Source: Macrostomum lignano
Lineage: Eukaryota
DNA: 42,958 bases
Assembly: GCA_002269645.1 (NCBI GenBank)
Contig: NIVC01004532.1
Coordinates: 1-42,958, forward strand
Reading direction: 5' to 3'
Of the stretch, positions 33,125-42,958 are shown piece after piece. The notes under the pieces were generated by a model. It searched no databases. It was not told where the DNA came from and saw nothing but the letters and a program-made list of their open reading frames with translations. The position numbers and the translations under genes are program-made. Each line of letters opens with the position of its first letter. Positions within the stretch are counted from its first letter, which is position 1.

Positions 33125-33470
33125 TGGACACAGATGGGAAGAGGCGAACAGAAATGGTGAGAGGTGGACAGAGATGCTGAAAGGTGGGCAGAGATGCTGA
33201 GAGGTGGGCAGAGATGCTGAGAGGCGGACAGAGATGCTGAGAGGTGGACAGAGATGCTGAGAGGTGGACAGAGATGCTGAGAGGTGGACAGAGATGCTGA
33301 GAGGTGGACAGAGATGCTGAGAGGTGGACAGAGATGCTGAGAGGTGGACAGAGATGCTGAGAGGTGGACAGAGATGCTGAGAGGTGGACAGAGATGCTGA
33401 GAGGTGGACAGAGATGCTGAGAGGTGGACAGAGATGCTGAGAGGTGGGCAGAGATGGGGAGAGGCGGACA
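33125..33470. repeat. 20-bp minisatellite (GAGAGGTGGACAGAGATGCT)
   Basis: Tandem units, intergenic. Confidence 0.94.
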
Positions 33471-34151
33471 GAAGTGCAATCAAAATCCCAAAACCAATAA
33501 GGTTAGCTGAAATTAGAAGCTGCAATCAAACGAGATGAGATTAGCGATAAAAATATTCGTCTAACGCAAAAGTGCAATTGAAACGAACAAATTAAAAGAC
33601 AAAAGTACAAATAAAAAAATAAAATAAAGACCTTTCTCACGCATAAATAATATGTGATAAATATTAACTATCACTGTTTCTATAATAATAAAAACGAATC
33701 CAAATTTGAAACAAAGAGCCACTATAAATAATCAAGTATTGAATAGCGGTGGTTTAACAGAATGAGTAAAAATGAGAAGAGCTATAGAACTTTGAGTACA
33801 CACACACAGAGAGAGTCTGCAAGCTGTTGTCAGCCAGGGACAGCTTGAGATGCGGATCGAACAGGTGTTTTATCGAGTACATGCAGTCCGCACGGCCCAG
33901 GAAGCACAGGGAGGGACCAGAGATGGGTCAAAATGAAACCCGAATAGAGCCCGAACTTGCACACGGACAGGAGTGTCGCACAGGATAGCAGGCGGGGTAA
34001 TGATGATAGTATATTTATATAAACTATAATTAAACAATAGTATTAAAGACCTAGCCTAGCACGAGACTTCGAATCTGTGAGAGTTACTAAGGGGGGGGGG
34101 GTTAACCAGCTGCTGGAGGATTTATGAGCAGCTCCGCGGGTTGTCCGTCCG

Positions 34152-34314
34152 TCACTCATCGTCTGGCACCAGGCGGGACTCGAAGATGGTCGCGTCGCAG
34201 CGTTGCACCTCGCCGCTGCTCAGCTTCTGGCCGATGATTCGCCAGTTACTGACGTTGCGGTCAATCTGGCTGGTGAGCACCGAGCACTGGGCTGGCCACA
34301 CCTTCACCATGGCT
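34152..34314 (-). CDS. PDE2A: PDE2-like last exon
   Basis: CCCGCAG acceptor; [14 protein letters not shown]...PDDE*. Confidence 0.8.
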
Positions 34315-37300
34315 CTGCGGGACGCGAGTTGAGAGACGCACAGGTGAGCAATCGCACTGACTACTCTACTAACAGTAAGCAAGTTAGGAAAATTATGAAA
34401 TAATTCCTATAAAGATGTTCGGACACTCTTCAGATATTCTTGTACATCTGTCAGGAAAATAAAAGCTCACCAACATATTACTAAAATCTGTTGTCATTAC
34501 TAAATTAAACCAGAGTGGTTGCAGGTAACACAGTGTAAAATAGAAAAGAAGTGACTCTAGACGACTCGAAAATGACAAGCTGTCACGGTACAGGTCGCCA
34601 CAAAGTCGTCAAAAAGTCGCCAAAGAGTGAATTTGAGACGTTTTATCGTCTGCGACTCTGAACCGGCTCTGGGGCCGTGGAGTCGGACTCCAGCATGGAG
34701 TCGGCGTGCTGGAGTCGCTGCAGAATCGCTGAGTTGCGTCTAAAGCGCATCTGAGTCACTTTATGGATTAGAATCGCATTTCGAATTTAGAACAACTCTG
34801 TTAGCCTACTTAAGTTTTTGTGTGCACCCTGGCGCACTTTAAGCGACATAGGCACACAACCGGCGAGAGGCATTGCTGCCCATTCCGCCGACTCCCCTGA
34901 GCAGGCATACAAGCGCGCGGATACGTACGCAGGCACACACTCACACAGGAGTGTACAGCGGCCCTAACTTTATTTTATCGTTAGGCATGTACACTCACTG
35001 CGCCTTGGGGGGTTGGCTCTCAAGGCCGTTAACGGCACGAGCAGAGCCAAGCCGAGATTCCAATTCAGCCCCAAATTAATGTGACTGCACTTGGAATCGA
35101 GCCTGGGTCGCTGGCACACCAGAGCAGCTGCACTACCGCTGGGCTACGGCCCCCCCGCCTACTTAAGTTAGTAGAAAGCTAAGCACACGACTCTTGGAAC
35201 GACTTTTTTTGCGAATTTTCGACCCATGCCATGCGTTCGTGACCCAACAGTCACCTCTCCATCGCATTGCAGTCGTTTGAGTCGTTAAAAAGTCACAAGA
35301 GTCACTAGAGAGTTTGCAAGGACTATTTTGGCGATTCTTCAACGAGTTTCATTCATCCAAAATGTGTCTAGTCTTTACAAATAGGACCTTAGAAAATGTT
35401 TTTAAGCAACAATTGTTTTACCTGGTATGATACCTACTACTTACAGTAGACTTGATTGGAAACGCGAGCATTGGTGCAAAAATTCTATTCAGCTACTGAT
35501 GTAGCATTTTTACAAAAATTTAGCCACTCACTTGTAGACCGGAGCCGCGATGATGTTCAGGAAGTTGACCTGCAGCTGCGGGATGTCCGCCTTGTCCCTG
35601 TCCATGCCCTCCGCCGGCTGCTTGCCCAGCGATTTCTCTTTGTCACCAAGGCTGAAGAACTCCTGATAGATGAGCTTGGCAACCTGCCTGGTGTTCTTCC
35701 ACACCTTGGTCTGGTCGCTGAGGTCCGAGGCGGTCATGAGCAGGCAGAGCATGAGGTAGCGGTGCTGCTGCTTGGACCAGTCCGGGCCCGACTCAGCCAC
35801 CGCGTCAATTTCAGACTTGATTTTCAAGTGGTGCGCCAGGTCCGTGGCCAGGATGATGTCCCGGATGATGTCCAGCACGGCTGAGTACTCCTGAGGGGAG
35901 GGGTGGCACTCCAGCTGATCACTGCCAACTGAGCAATCTTGAAGCTGGACTTCAGTAAGCCAAGCTGGACTTCAGTAAGTTAAGCTGGACTTCAGTAAGC
36001 CAAGCTGGACTTCAGTAAGGCAAGCTGGACTTCAGTAAGACAAGCTGGACTTCAGTAAGACAAGCTGGACTTCAGTAAGCCAAGCTGAACTTCAGTAAGG
36101 CAAGCTGGACTTCAGTAAGCCAAGCTGAACTTCAGTAAGCCAAGCTGGGCTTCAGTAAGCCAACCTGGACTTCAGTAAGCCAACCTGGACTTCAGTAAGC
36201 CAAGCTGGACTTCAGTAAGCCAAGCTGGACTTCAGTAAGCCAAGCTGGACTTCAGTAAGGCAAGCTGGACTTCAGTAAGCCAAGCTGAACTTCAGTAAGC
36301 CAAGCTGGGCTTCAGTAAGCCAACCTGGACTTCAGTAAGCCAAGCTGGACTTCAGGACACTAAACTGGATTTCAGGACACTAAACTGGATTTCAGGACAC
36401 TAAGCTGGATTTCAGGACACTAAACTGGATTTCAGGACACTAAGCTGGATTTTAGGACACTAAGCTGGATTTCAGGACACTAAGCTGGACTTCAGGACAC
36501 TAAGCTGGATTTCAGGACACTAAGCTGGATTTCAGGACACTAAGCTGGATTTCAGGACACTAAGCTGGACTTCAGGACACTAAGCTGGATTTCAGGACAC
36601 TAAGCTGGATTTCAGGACACTAAGCTGGATTTCAGGACACTAAGCTGGATTTCAGGACACTAAGCTGGATTTCAGGACACTAAGCTGGATTTCAGGACAC
36701 TAAGCTGGACTTCAGGACACTAAGCTGGATTTCAGAACACTAAGCTGGAGTAGTCAAGTAAACAGATAGCAAGAGAATCGCTCACCTTTTCAGACAGATT
36801 CTCGAACACATTGCAGCCCTCCCGGTTGAGGATGCAGACAGTCTGGGAGAAGTGGTGGCGCTCCAGCACCGAGCCCTCGGAGCTGTACAGGCCCGATAGA
36901 GCCGAGCCGCTCGAGTTCTCAAAGGAGTTGTTGGTGCCGCGGTGGTCAATGTCGTGACAGAGCGAGGCCACCAGAAAAGAGAAGTACTCCAGCGGGGTCA
37001 GGCACTTGTCCAGTCGCAGGTTCTTCAGGCACAGGTAGGTGAAGTGTGCCACGGAGAAAGCGTGAGACCAGTTGTGGTAGGGCGGGTCCCTGCGGTGTGC
37101 GGTTCGGGTGCAGGATCACCAGAGACATTGGCAGTCCAAATCCCATGCACCTATGATCCCACAATCAAATCCCGAACCCCACAATCAAATCCCAAATCCC
37201 ACAATCAAATCCCAAATCCCACAATGAAATCCCAAATCCCACAATCAAATCCGAAATCCCACAATGAAATCCCAAATCCCACAATCAAATCCGAAATCCC

Positions 37301-40300
37301 ACAATCAAATCCCAAATCCCACAATCAAATCCGAAATCCCACAATCAAATCCCAAATCCCACAATCAAATCCGAAATCCCACAATGAAATCCCAAATCCC
37401 ACAATCAAATCCGAAATCCCACAATCAAATCCCAAATCCCAAAATCAAATCCGAAATCCCACAATGAAATCCCAAATCCCAAAATCAAATCCGAAATCCC
37501 ACAATCAAATCCCAAATCCTACAATCAAATCCCAAATCCCACAATCAAATCCGAAATCCCAAAATTAAATCGCAAATCCCACAATAAAATCTCGAATCCT
37601 ACAATGAAATCCGAAATCCCAAACATAAAATATCCCAAAATGAATTCCCAAATCCCATATATCAAAGATCCCAAAATGAAATCGCAAATCCCATTCAGCA
37701 AAGATCCCACAATGAAATCCCAAATCCCATGCATCAAAGATCCCATAATAGAATCCCAAATCCCAGCCCACTTCCCCAACCTGTATCCCTTCCTGGCCAG
37801 CAGCACAAAGCGAGCCAGGGTGGTGCGGCGGATGCGCCAGATTTTGGTGAGCTTGAGGTCGTCAAACATCTGCACGACCGCTGAGCAGCTGTCGGCCTCC
37901 ACAATGTCCCGGGGCACCGACACGAACTGGTCGAAGTGCGGGCAGAATTCGTCAAGCCGTCGCACGGGAGCGTTCGCCAGGTCGTACACCGCGCGCTCGG
38001 GCACATGCATGTGGTAGGTCATCAGCTCGGTGGCCAGCTGGTGCCGGGCCTGGGCCGCCTGCACCCTCTTGTACATCAGCGACTGCGGAGAGCGGGCGGC
38101 AGTTCAGCACCCGTTTAATCTGCGCCGCTGCTGTCACACGTGAATGTTTAGCATTCACACACCTAGCATTCACGTGCCTAGCTTAGCGTTCACACACCTA
38201 GCCTAGCATTCACACACCTAGCTTAGCATTCACACACCTAGGTTAGCATTCACACACCTAGCTTAGCATTCACACACCTAGCTTAGCATTCACACACCTA
38301 GCTTAGCATTCACACACCTAGCTTAGCATTCACACACCTAGCCTAGCATTCACGCCTCTGCTTAGCATTCACGCATCTAGCTTAGAATTCACACCCTTGA
38401 TTAGAATTCACACCCCTGCTTAGCATTCACGCTCCTAGATTAGCATTCACGCTCCTAGATTAGCATTCACGCTCCTAGCTTAGCATTCACATCTCTAGCT
38501 CAGCATTCACGCCACTAGATTTGCATTCACGCTCCTAGCTTAGCATTCACATCTCTAGCTTAGCATTCACGCCCCTAGATTAGCATTCACGCCCCAAGCT
38601 TAAAATTCGCACCCCTAGATTCACGCAGCTAGCTTGGATTTCACATGCGTTCCTCTGCACTCACGACTGCCATTCTGCAATCACTCAGTATTCACACCGC
38701 TTTTCCAGCCGCAGTCCAGACTCACGTGAATGATGGCGATGCAGCAGTACACGGAGAAGGCCCGGGCCAAATCTTCGTCAAATGTAGAGAAATGCGCGGC
38801 TTTGATTTTATTGCACAGCTGGGCCACACCGACTATGGTGCCGTGCTCGTCTTGGATGGGGAAGCAGAGAATGTTCCTGGAAAGAGGGGGGTTGCACTGT
38901 GTGCGTCATTGGTGGGTGAATGGGGTGGTGGTTGAATGGGGTGGTGGTTGAATGGGGTAGTGGTTAAATGGGGTGGTGGTTGAATGGGGTGGTGGTTGAA
39001 TGGGGTGGTGGTTAAATGGAGTGGTGGTTGAATGGAGTGGTGGTTGAATGGGGTGGTGGTTGAATGGGGTGTTAGTTGAATGGGGTGGTGGTTGAATGGG
39101 GTGGTGGTTAAATGGAGTGGTGGTTGAATGGGGTGGTGGTTAAATGGAGTGGTGGTTGAATGGGGTGGTTGAATGGGGTGGTTGAATGGGGTGGTTGAAT
39201 GGGGTGGTGGTTGAATGGAGTGGTGGTTGAATAGGGTGTTAGTTGAATGGGGTGGTGGTTGAATGGAGTGGTGGTTGAATGGGGTGGTGGTTGAATGGAG
39301 TGGTGGTTGAATGGGGTGGTGGTTAAATGGGGTGGTGGTTGAATGGGGTGGTGGTTGAATGGGGTGGTGGTTGAATGGAGTGGTGGTTGAACGGGGTGGT
39401 GGTTGAATGGAGTGGTGGTTGAATGGAGTGGTGGTTGAATGGGGTGGTGGTTGAATAGGGTGTTAGTTGAATGGGGTGGTGGTTGAATGGGGTGGTGGTT
39501 AAGTGGGGTGGTGGTTAAATGGGGTGGTGGCTGAATGGGGTGGTGGTTAAGTGGGGTGGTGGTTAAGTGGGGTGGTGGTTAAATGGGGTGGTGGTGAATG
39601 GGGTGGTGGGTGAATGGGGTGGTGGGTGAATGAAGGGTGTGTGCATTGTGTGGTGGGTGAAAATGAAAACAGAATGCTGAGAAAGACTGTCGCAATTGCC
39701 CAGTCAGATCAAAGCAGTGACTCGCAGCGGCGCTCTCACCGAGTCCTAAAGCCGGTGTCCTCGTCCACCTTGCTGTAGAACAACGGATGCGAGTAAGCGT
39801 CTTTGATGTTGAGTAGTTCGCCTGCGGATTTGTTTGAATTGGTGGCAATATTTTCAAAGATTTGAATGCCTAGAGTTATAGAAGTATACAAGAGAAATGT
39901 CAGTCAAAGGAGTTTTCAGTTTGGGTCAAGGGAAATTTGGGTCAAGGGCAGTTTGGATCAAAGGCAGTTTGGGTCAAGGGCAGTTTGGGTCAAAGGCACT
40001 TTGGGTCAAAGTTTCTGAGTTTTAATCAGGTTTAAGAGTTTCTGTATTGCATTATTAAAGCAAAAATGTTTATTAACAGACAAGAAATTGCTCACCTTTG
40101 GTGGCCACGTAGCCAGCAACTCCGTGGGTTGCGGGATTCGAATCTCCACTGGTTGCTGGGGAAGAGAGGAAATGGAGAGCACAGATATTGTAATTAGCTG
40201 TGTGAACTGTTCGTAGCAGCTTAATGTTTTTTTTCAGAATTCTTCCGAGAAAATGGCTAAAATCGAATAATTTCGTTCAGCTAAAGCTATTTTATACCGT

Positions 40301-41988
40301 ATACATATAGCTAAAGGCATCTATCCACCAGCATATATCCACCAACATCTATCCACCAACATCTATCCACCAGCATCTATCCACCAACATCTATCCACCA
40401 ACATCTATCCACCAGCATCTATCCACCAACATCTATCCACCAGCATCTATCCACCAACATCTATCCACCAACATCTACCCAACAGCATCCATCCACCAGC
40501 ATCCATCCACCAGCATCCATCCACCAGCATCCATCCACCAGCATCCATCCACCAGCATCTATCCACCAACATCTATCCACCAACATCTATCCAACAGCAT
40601 CCATCCAACAGCATCTATCTAACAGCATCTATCCACCAGCATCTATCCAACAGCATCTATCCACCAGCATCTATCCACCAGCATCTTTCCACCAGCATCT
40701 ATTCACCAGCATCTATCTATCCACAACAACCCACAAACCGCAGGACAAAGAAGTGAGCACCCAAATCGGTCCTCACTCGAACTCATACACAACAGTACAA
40801 GGAATTCAAGCACAAAGCGGAGCAAATTCGAAGCGCACAACGTCAAAATATAAATATGGTTACAAGTTGTTTACTAACTCAGCTACTGTTAGTAGAAGAG
40901 TTGCAAAGCCAGCGTAAAGTTTTGTTATTTCGAGAATAAATAGATTTTCAAAAGCTAAAGTATATATTGGTGACAACGGTAAGATTTGGATTTATTAGAC
41001 CAGGTCAGCAAGCCGATGCGACCAACATTTGGAATCCAAATGAAATCAACAGACAGACATTAAATTACTACTTAACTATGATCTACGAGAAATAAGCAAT
41101 CGTTGGGCATAAATATAATTGGGAGCACAAAAATGGAAACTGAGACAGCGCAGCGGGTGCACCTCGATTTCTGTTCCATCCGATAAGAGAATTTTTCTCT
41201 GAACAACCTGAGCAGAAGAGGAAGGCGCGGATTGTTATAGTAAAACAGAAACAAAAAATAAATAACTCCAGAGATCAGGTAGATTAAAAACTAGATTAAT
41301 AAATCCGCCATAAAAACTTTTGTCCGTCGTACGAGCTGGATAAATGCCCTGTGCGTGTGTACTACTTAAAGTAGTTTAATTTCTTACCAGTGCATCATTA
41401 CTGAATCTGTTGCAAGTGCCCAGGAACTAAAAAATGGAGTCTAGCGGCACAGCGTTTAGTCCTGGCGCAGCTGATAAGGGCAGCGTGGGAGGGTGTGGCG
41501 GCTCATCAAAGATTGTGTGGGAGGGTGTGGCGGCTCATCAAAGACTGTGTGGGAGGGTGTGGCGGCTCATCAAAGACTGTGTGGGAGGGTGTGGCGGCTC
41601 ATCAAAGATTGTGTGGGAGGGTGTGGCGGCTCATCAAAGATTGTGTGGGGGTGTGGCGGCTCATCAAAGATTGTGTGGGAGGGTGGCGGCTCATCAAAGA
41701 CTGTTAAACATACTTCACTCTGAAGTTAAGAGTTCGAGCGCAAAGTGCTTTAGTTCAAGTTGGTAAATGGTGCAATAAAGTAATGGTCTATTTTTTAAAC
41801 ACGCGTTTGAGTGCGTGAAGTTAATTTTAAGATTAACTGCACTATGCGATCAACTGAACTGCAGGCAAGCAGGTTAAGAAGGAGCTGCAAAAGCAACTCA
41901 CCTCCTTCTCGTTAGATGTGGTTGGCAGTCCATCGAACACCTTGGCAACAGTTCGTTGGTCTCGCGGTCAAGTAGGAAGACTGAGCAC
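34152..41988 (-). CDS. PDE2A: PDE2-like cyclic-nucleotide phosphodiesterase (GAF-B + catalytic domain), 5' part outside window; exons 41988-41902, 40155-40096, 39821-39740, 38876-38726, 38082-37781, 37089-36786, 35890-35532, 34314-34152; two 1-bp frameshifts in the first two
   Basis: GAF-B: [30 protein letters not shown]...DE. Catalytic: [32 protein letters not shown]. The [14 protein letters not shown] and TDLAHH motifs are PDE2-type. Splice phases are consistent. Confidence 0.92.
34817..35156 (-). mobile_element. tRNA-derived SINE (~340 bp) with 13-bp TSD
   Basis: Minus-strand 5' end GGGGGGGCCGTAGCCCAGCGGTAG (A box) ... GGCTCGATTCC (B box); 3' end CACACAAAAA. GCCTACTTAAGTT is duplicated at 34804-34816 and 35157-35169. 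Confidence 0.88.
35532..35890 (-). CDS. PDE2A: PDE2-like catalytic exon (ATDLAHH...SDLSDQTK...IPQLQ)
   Basis: 359 nt, CCCCTCAG / GTGAGT. Confidence 0.95.
35944..36750. repeat. Two abutting 20-bp minisatellites (CAAGCTGGACTTCAGTAAGC then TAAGCTGGATTTCAGGACAC)
   Basis: Tandem units switching at ~36350. Confidence 0.96.
36786..37089 (-). CDS. PDE2A: PDE2-like catalytic exon (YHNWSH...HDIDH)
   Basis: 304 nt, ACCGCAG / GTGAGC. Confidence 0.95.
37140..37765. repeat. ~20-bp minisatellite (CACAATCAAATCC(C/G)AAATCC)
   Basis: Tandem units degenerating toward 37765. Confidence 0.93.
37781..38082 (-). CDS. PDE2A: PDE2-like exon (GAF-B end / linker / catalytic start)
   Basis: 302 nt; [25 protein letters not shown]. 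Confidence 0.94.
38140..38640. repeat. 20-bp minisatellite (CTTAGCATTCACACACCTAG)
   Basis: Tandem units. Confidence 0.93.
38726..38876 (-). CDS. PDE2A: PDE2-like GAF-B exon (RNILCFPI...[19 protein letters not shown])
   Basis: 151 nt, TTTCCAG / GTGAGT. Confidence 0.95.
38915..39640. repeat. 16-bp G-rich minisatellite (GTGGTGGTTGAATGGG)
   Basis: Tandem units. Confidence 0.96.
39740..39821 (-). CDS. PDE2A: PDE2-like GAF-B exon ([28 protein letters not shown])
   Basis: 82 nt, TCCGCAG / GTGAGA. Confidence 0.95.
40096..40155 (-). CDS. PDE2A: PDE2-like GAF-B exon ([20 protein letters not shown]), 1-bp deletion
   Basis: 60 nt where 61 are needed; frame breaks at ATC CC GCA. Confidence 0.88.
40320..40720. 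repeat. 14-bp minisatellite (CATCTATCCACCA(A/G))
   Basis: Tandem units. Confidence 0.93.
41485..41705. repeat. 32-bp minisatellite (GTGTGGGAGGGTGTGGCGGCTCATCAAAGATT)
   Basis: About 7 units. Confidence 0.92.
41902..41988 (-). CDS. PDE2A: PDE2-like GAF-B exon ([29 protein letters not shown]), 1-bp deletion
   Basis: 87 nt where 88 are needed; frame breaks at GAA CT GTT GCC. Confidence 0.88.
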
Positions 41989-42049
41989 CTGTTATTTAGC
42001 GGTTGAACGATTTTTTTTTCATTCCGATCCGTATTCTTTCTGCGTTTTC

Positions 42050-42958
42050 AAGCCTCACCTGTTCCTCCCCTCCTCTGTTCCTCCCTCCCCTGTTCCTCCA
42101 TCCCCTGTTCCTTCCTCCCTGTTCCTCCCTCCTCTGTTCCTCCCTCCCCTGTTCCTCCCATCCCTGTTCCTTCCTCCCCTGTTCCTCCTCCCCTGTTCCT
42201 CCCCTCCCCTGTTCCTCCCCTCCCCTGTTCCTCCCTCCCCTGTTCCTCCCCTCCCTGATCCTCCCTCCCCTGTTCTCCCCTCCCTGTTCCTCCCTACTGT
42301 TCCTCCCATCCCCTGTTCCTCCCCTCTGTTCCTCCCTCGCCCCTGTTCCTTCCCTCCCTGTTCCTCTCATCCCCTTTCCTCCCCTCTCTGTTCCTCCCTC
42401 TCTGTTCCTCCCCTCTCTGTTCCTCCCCTCTCTGTTCCTCCCCTCTCTGTTCCTCCTCCCCTGTTCCTCCCTCCCCTGTTCCTCCCCTCCCCTGTTCTTC
42501 CCCTCTCTGTTCTCCCCTCTCTGTTCTCCCTCCCTGTTCTTCCCCCTCTCTGTTCTTCCCCTCTCTGTTCCTCCCTCTCTGTTCCTCCCATCCCCTGTTC
42601 CTCCCTCGCTGTTCCTCCCCTCTCTGTTCCTCCTTCTCTGTTCTTCCCCTCTCTGTTCCTCCCCTCTCTGTTCCTCCCTTCTCTGTTCTTCCCTCTCTGT
42701 TCCTCCCCTCTCTGTTCCTCCTCTCTGTTCCTCCCCTCTCTCTGTTCCTCCCCTCTCTGTTCCTCCCTCTCTGTTCTTCCCCTCTCTGTTCCTCCCATCC
42801 CCTGTTCTTCCCCTCTCTGTTCCTCCCTCTATGTTCCTCCCCTCCCTGTTTCTTCCCCTCTCTGTTCTTCCCCTCTGTTCCCCCCTCTCTGTTCCTCCCA
42901 TCCCCTGTTTCCTCCCTCTGTTCCTCCCCTCTCTGTTCCTCTCCTTCTCTGTTCTTCC
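42050..42958. repeat. Pyrimidine-rich low-complexity repeat (CTGTTCCTCCCCTCT)n, runs off the window
   Basis: Degenerate ~15-bp units. Confidence 0.95.

Noticed and set aside
35640-35665. EFFSLGD instead of the usual EFFxQGD in the PDE catalytic domain, as a sign of inactivation
   Set aside because: All metal ligands (H, HD, D) and the invariant substrate Gln (IPQLQ) are retained; a single substitution is not evidence of loss of function.
16125-42901. ORFs from minisatellites (16125-16780, 19158-19829, 20369-21030, 24932-25607, 32983-33525, 36942-37568, 41434-41766, 41996-42901)
   Set aside because: Periodic translations of intronic or intergenic tandem repeats, apart from small overlaps with real exons.

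Overview
Eukaryotic (animal) genomic DNA, not prokaryotic. It shows GT-AG spliceosomal introns, GC3-rich exons and introns filled with minisatellites. The tropomyosin resembles platyhelminth sequences as I recall them, so a flatworm (Macrostomum-like) origin is likely; this is inference, not a database result. Exons were reconstructed by hand. (1) 1-8998: head-to-tail array of about 4-4.5 kb Helitron/HINE-like units. Each carries telomere-like (TAACCC)n, a 23-bp satellite array and a GATA/GACA- or CA-type 3' end; two carry a tRNA-like segment, and one has a 390-bp MITE with an 8-bp TSD. (2) 11276-15701 (-): a highly divergent alpha-tubulin-like gene (~850 aa) lacking the D251/E254 GTPase-activating residues, with a ~28-aa insertion before H12 and a ~380-aa C-terminal tail. 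(3) 17748-31327 (-): a tropomyosin gene with two promoters and two interleaved, phase-locked paralogous exon sets sharing only exon 3 (284-aa and 251-aa isoforms). (4) 34152 to beyond 41988 (-): the 3' part of a PDE2-like GAF/phosphodiesterase gene with two 1-bp frameshifts, a tRNA-derived SINE in its last intron and a candidate cassette exon. Most long ORFs in the supplied track are tandem-repeat artefacts.
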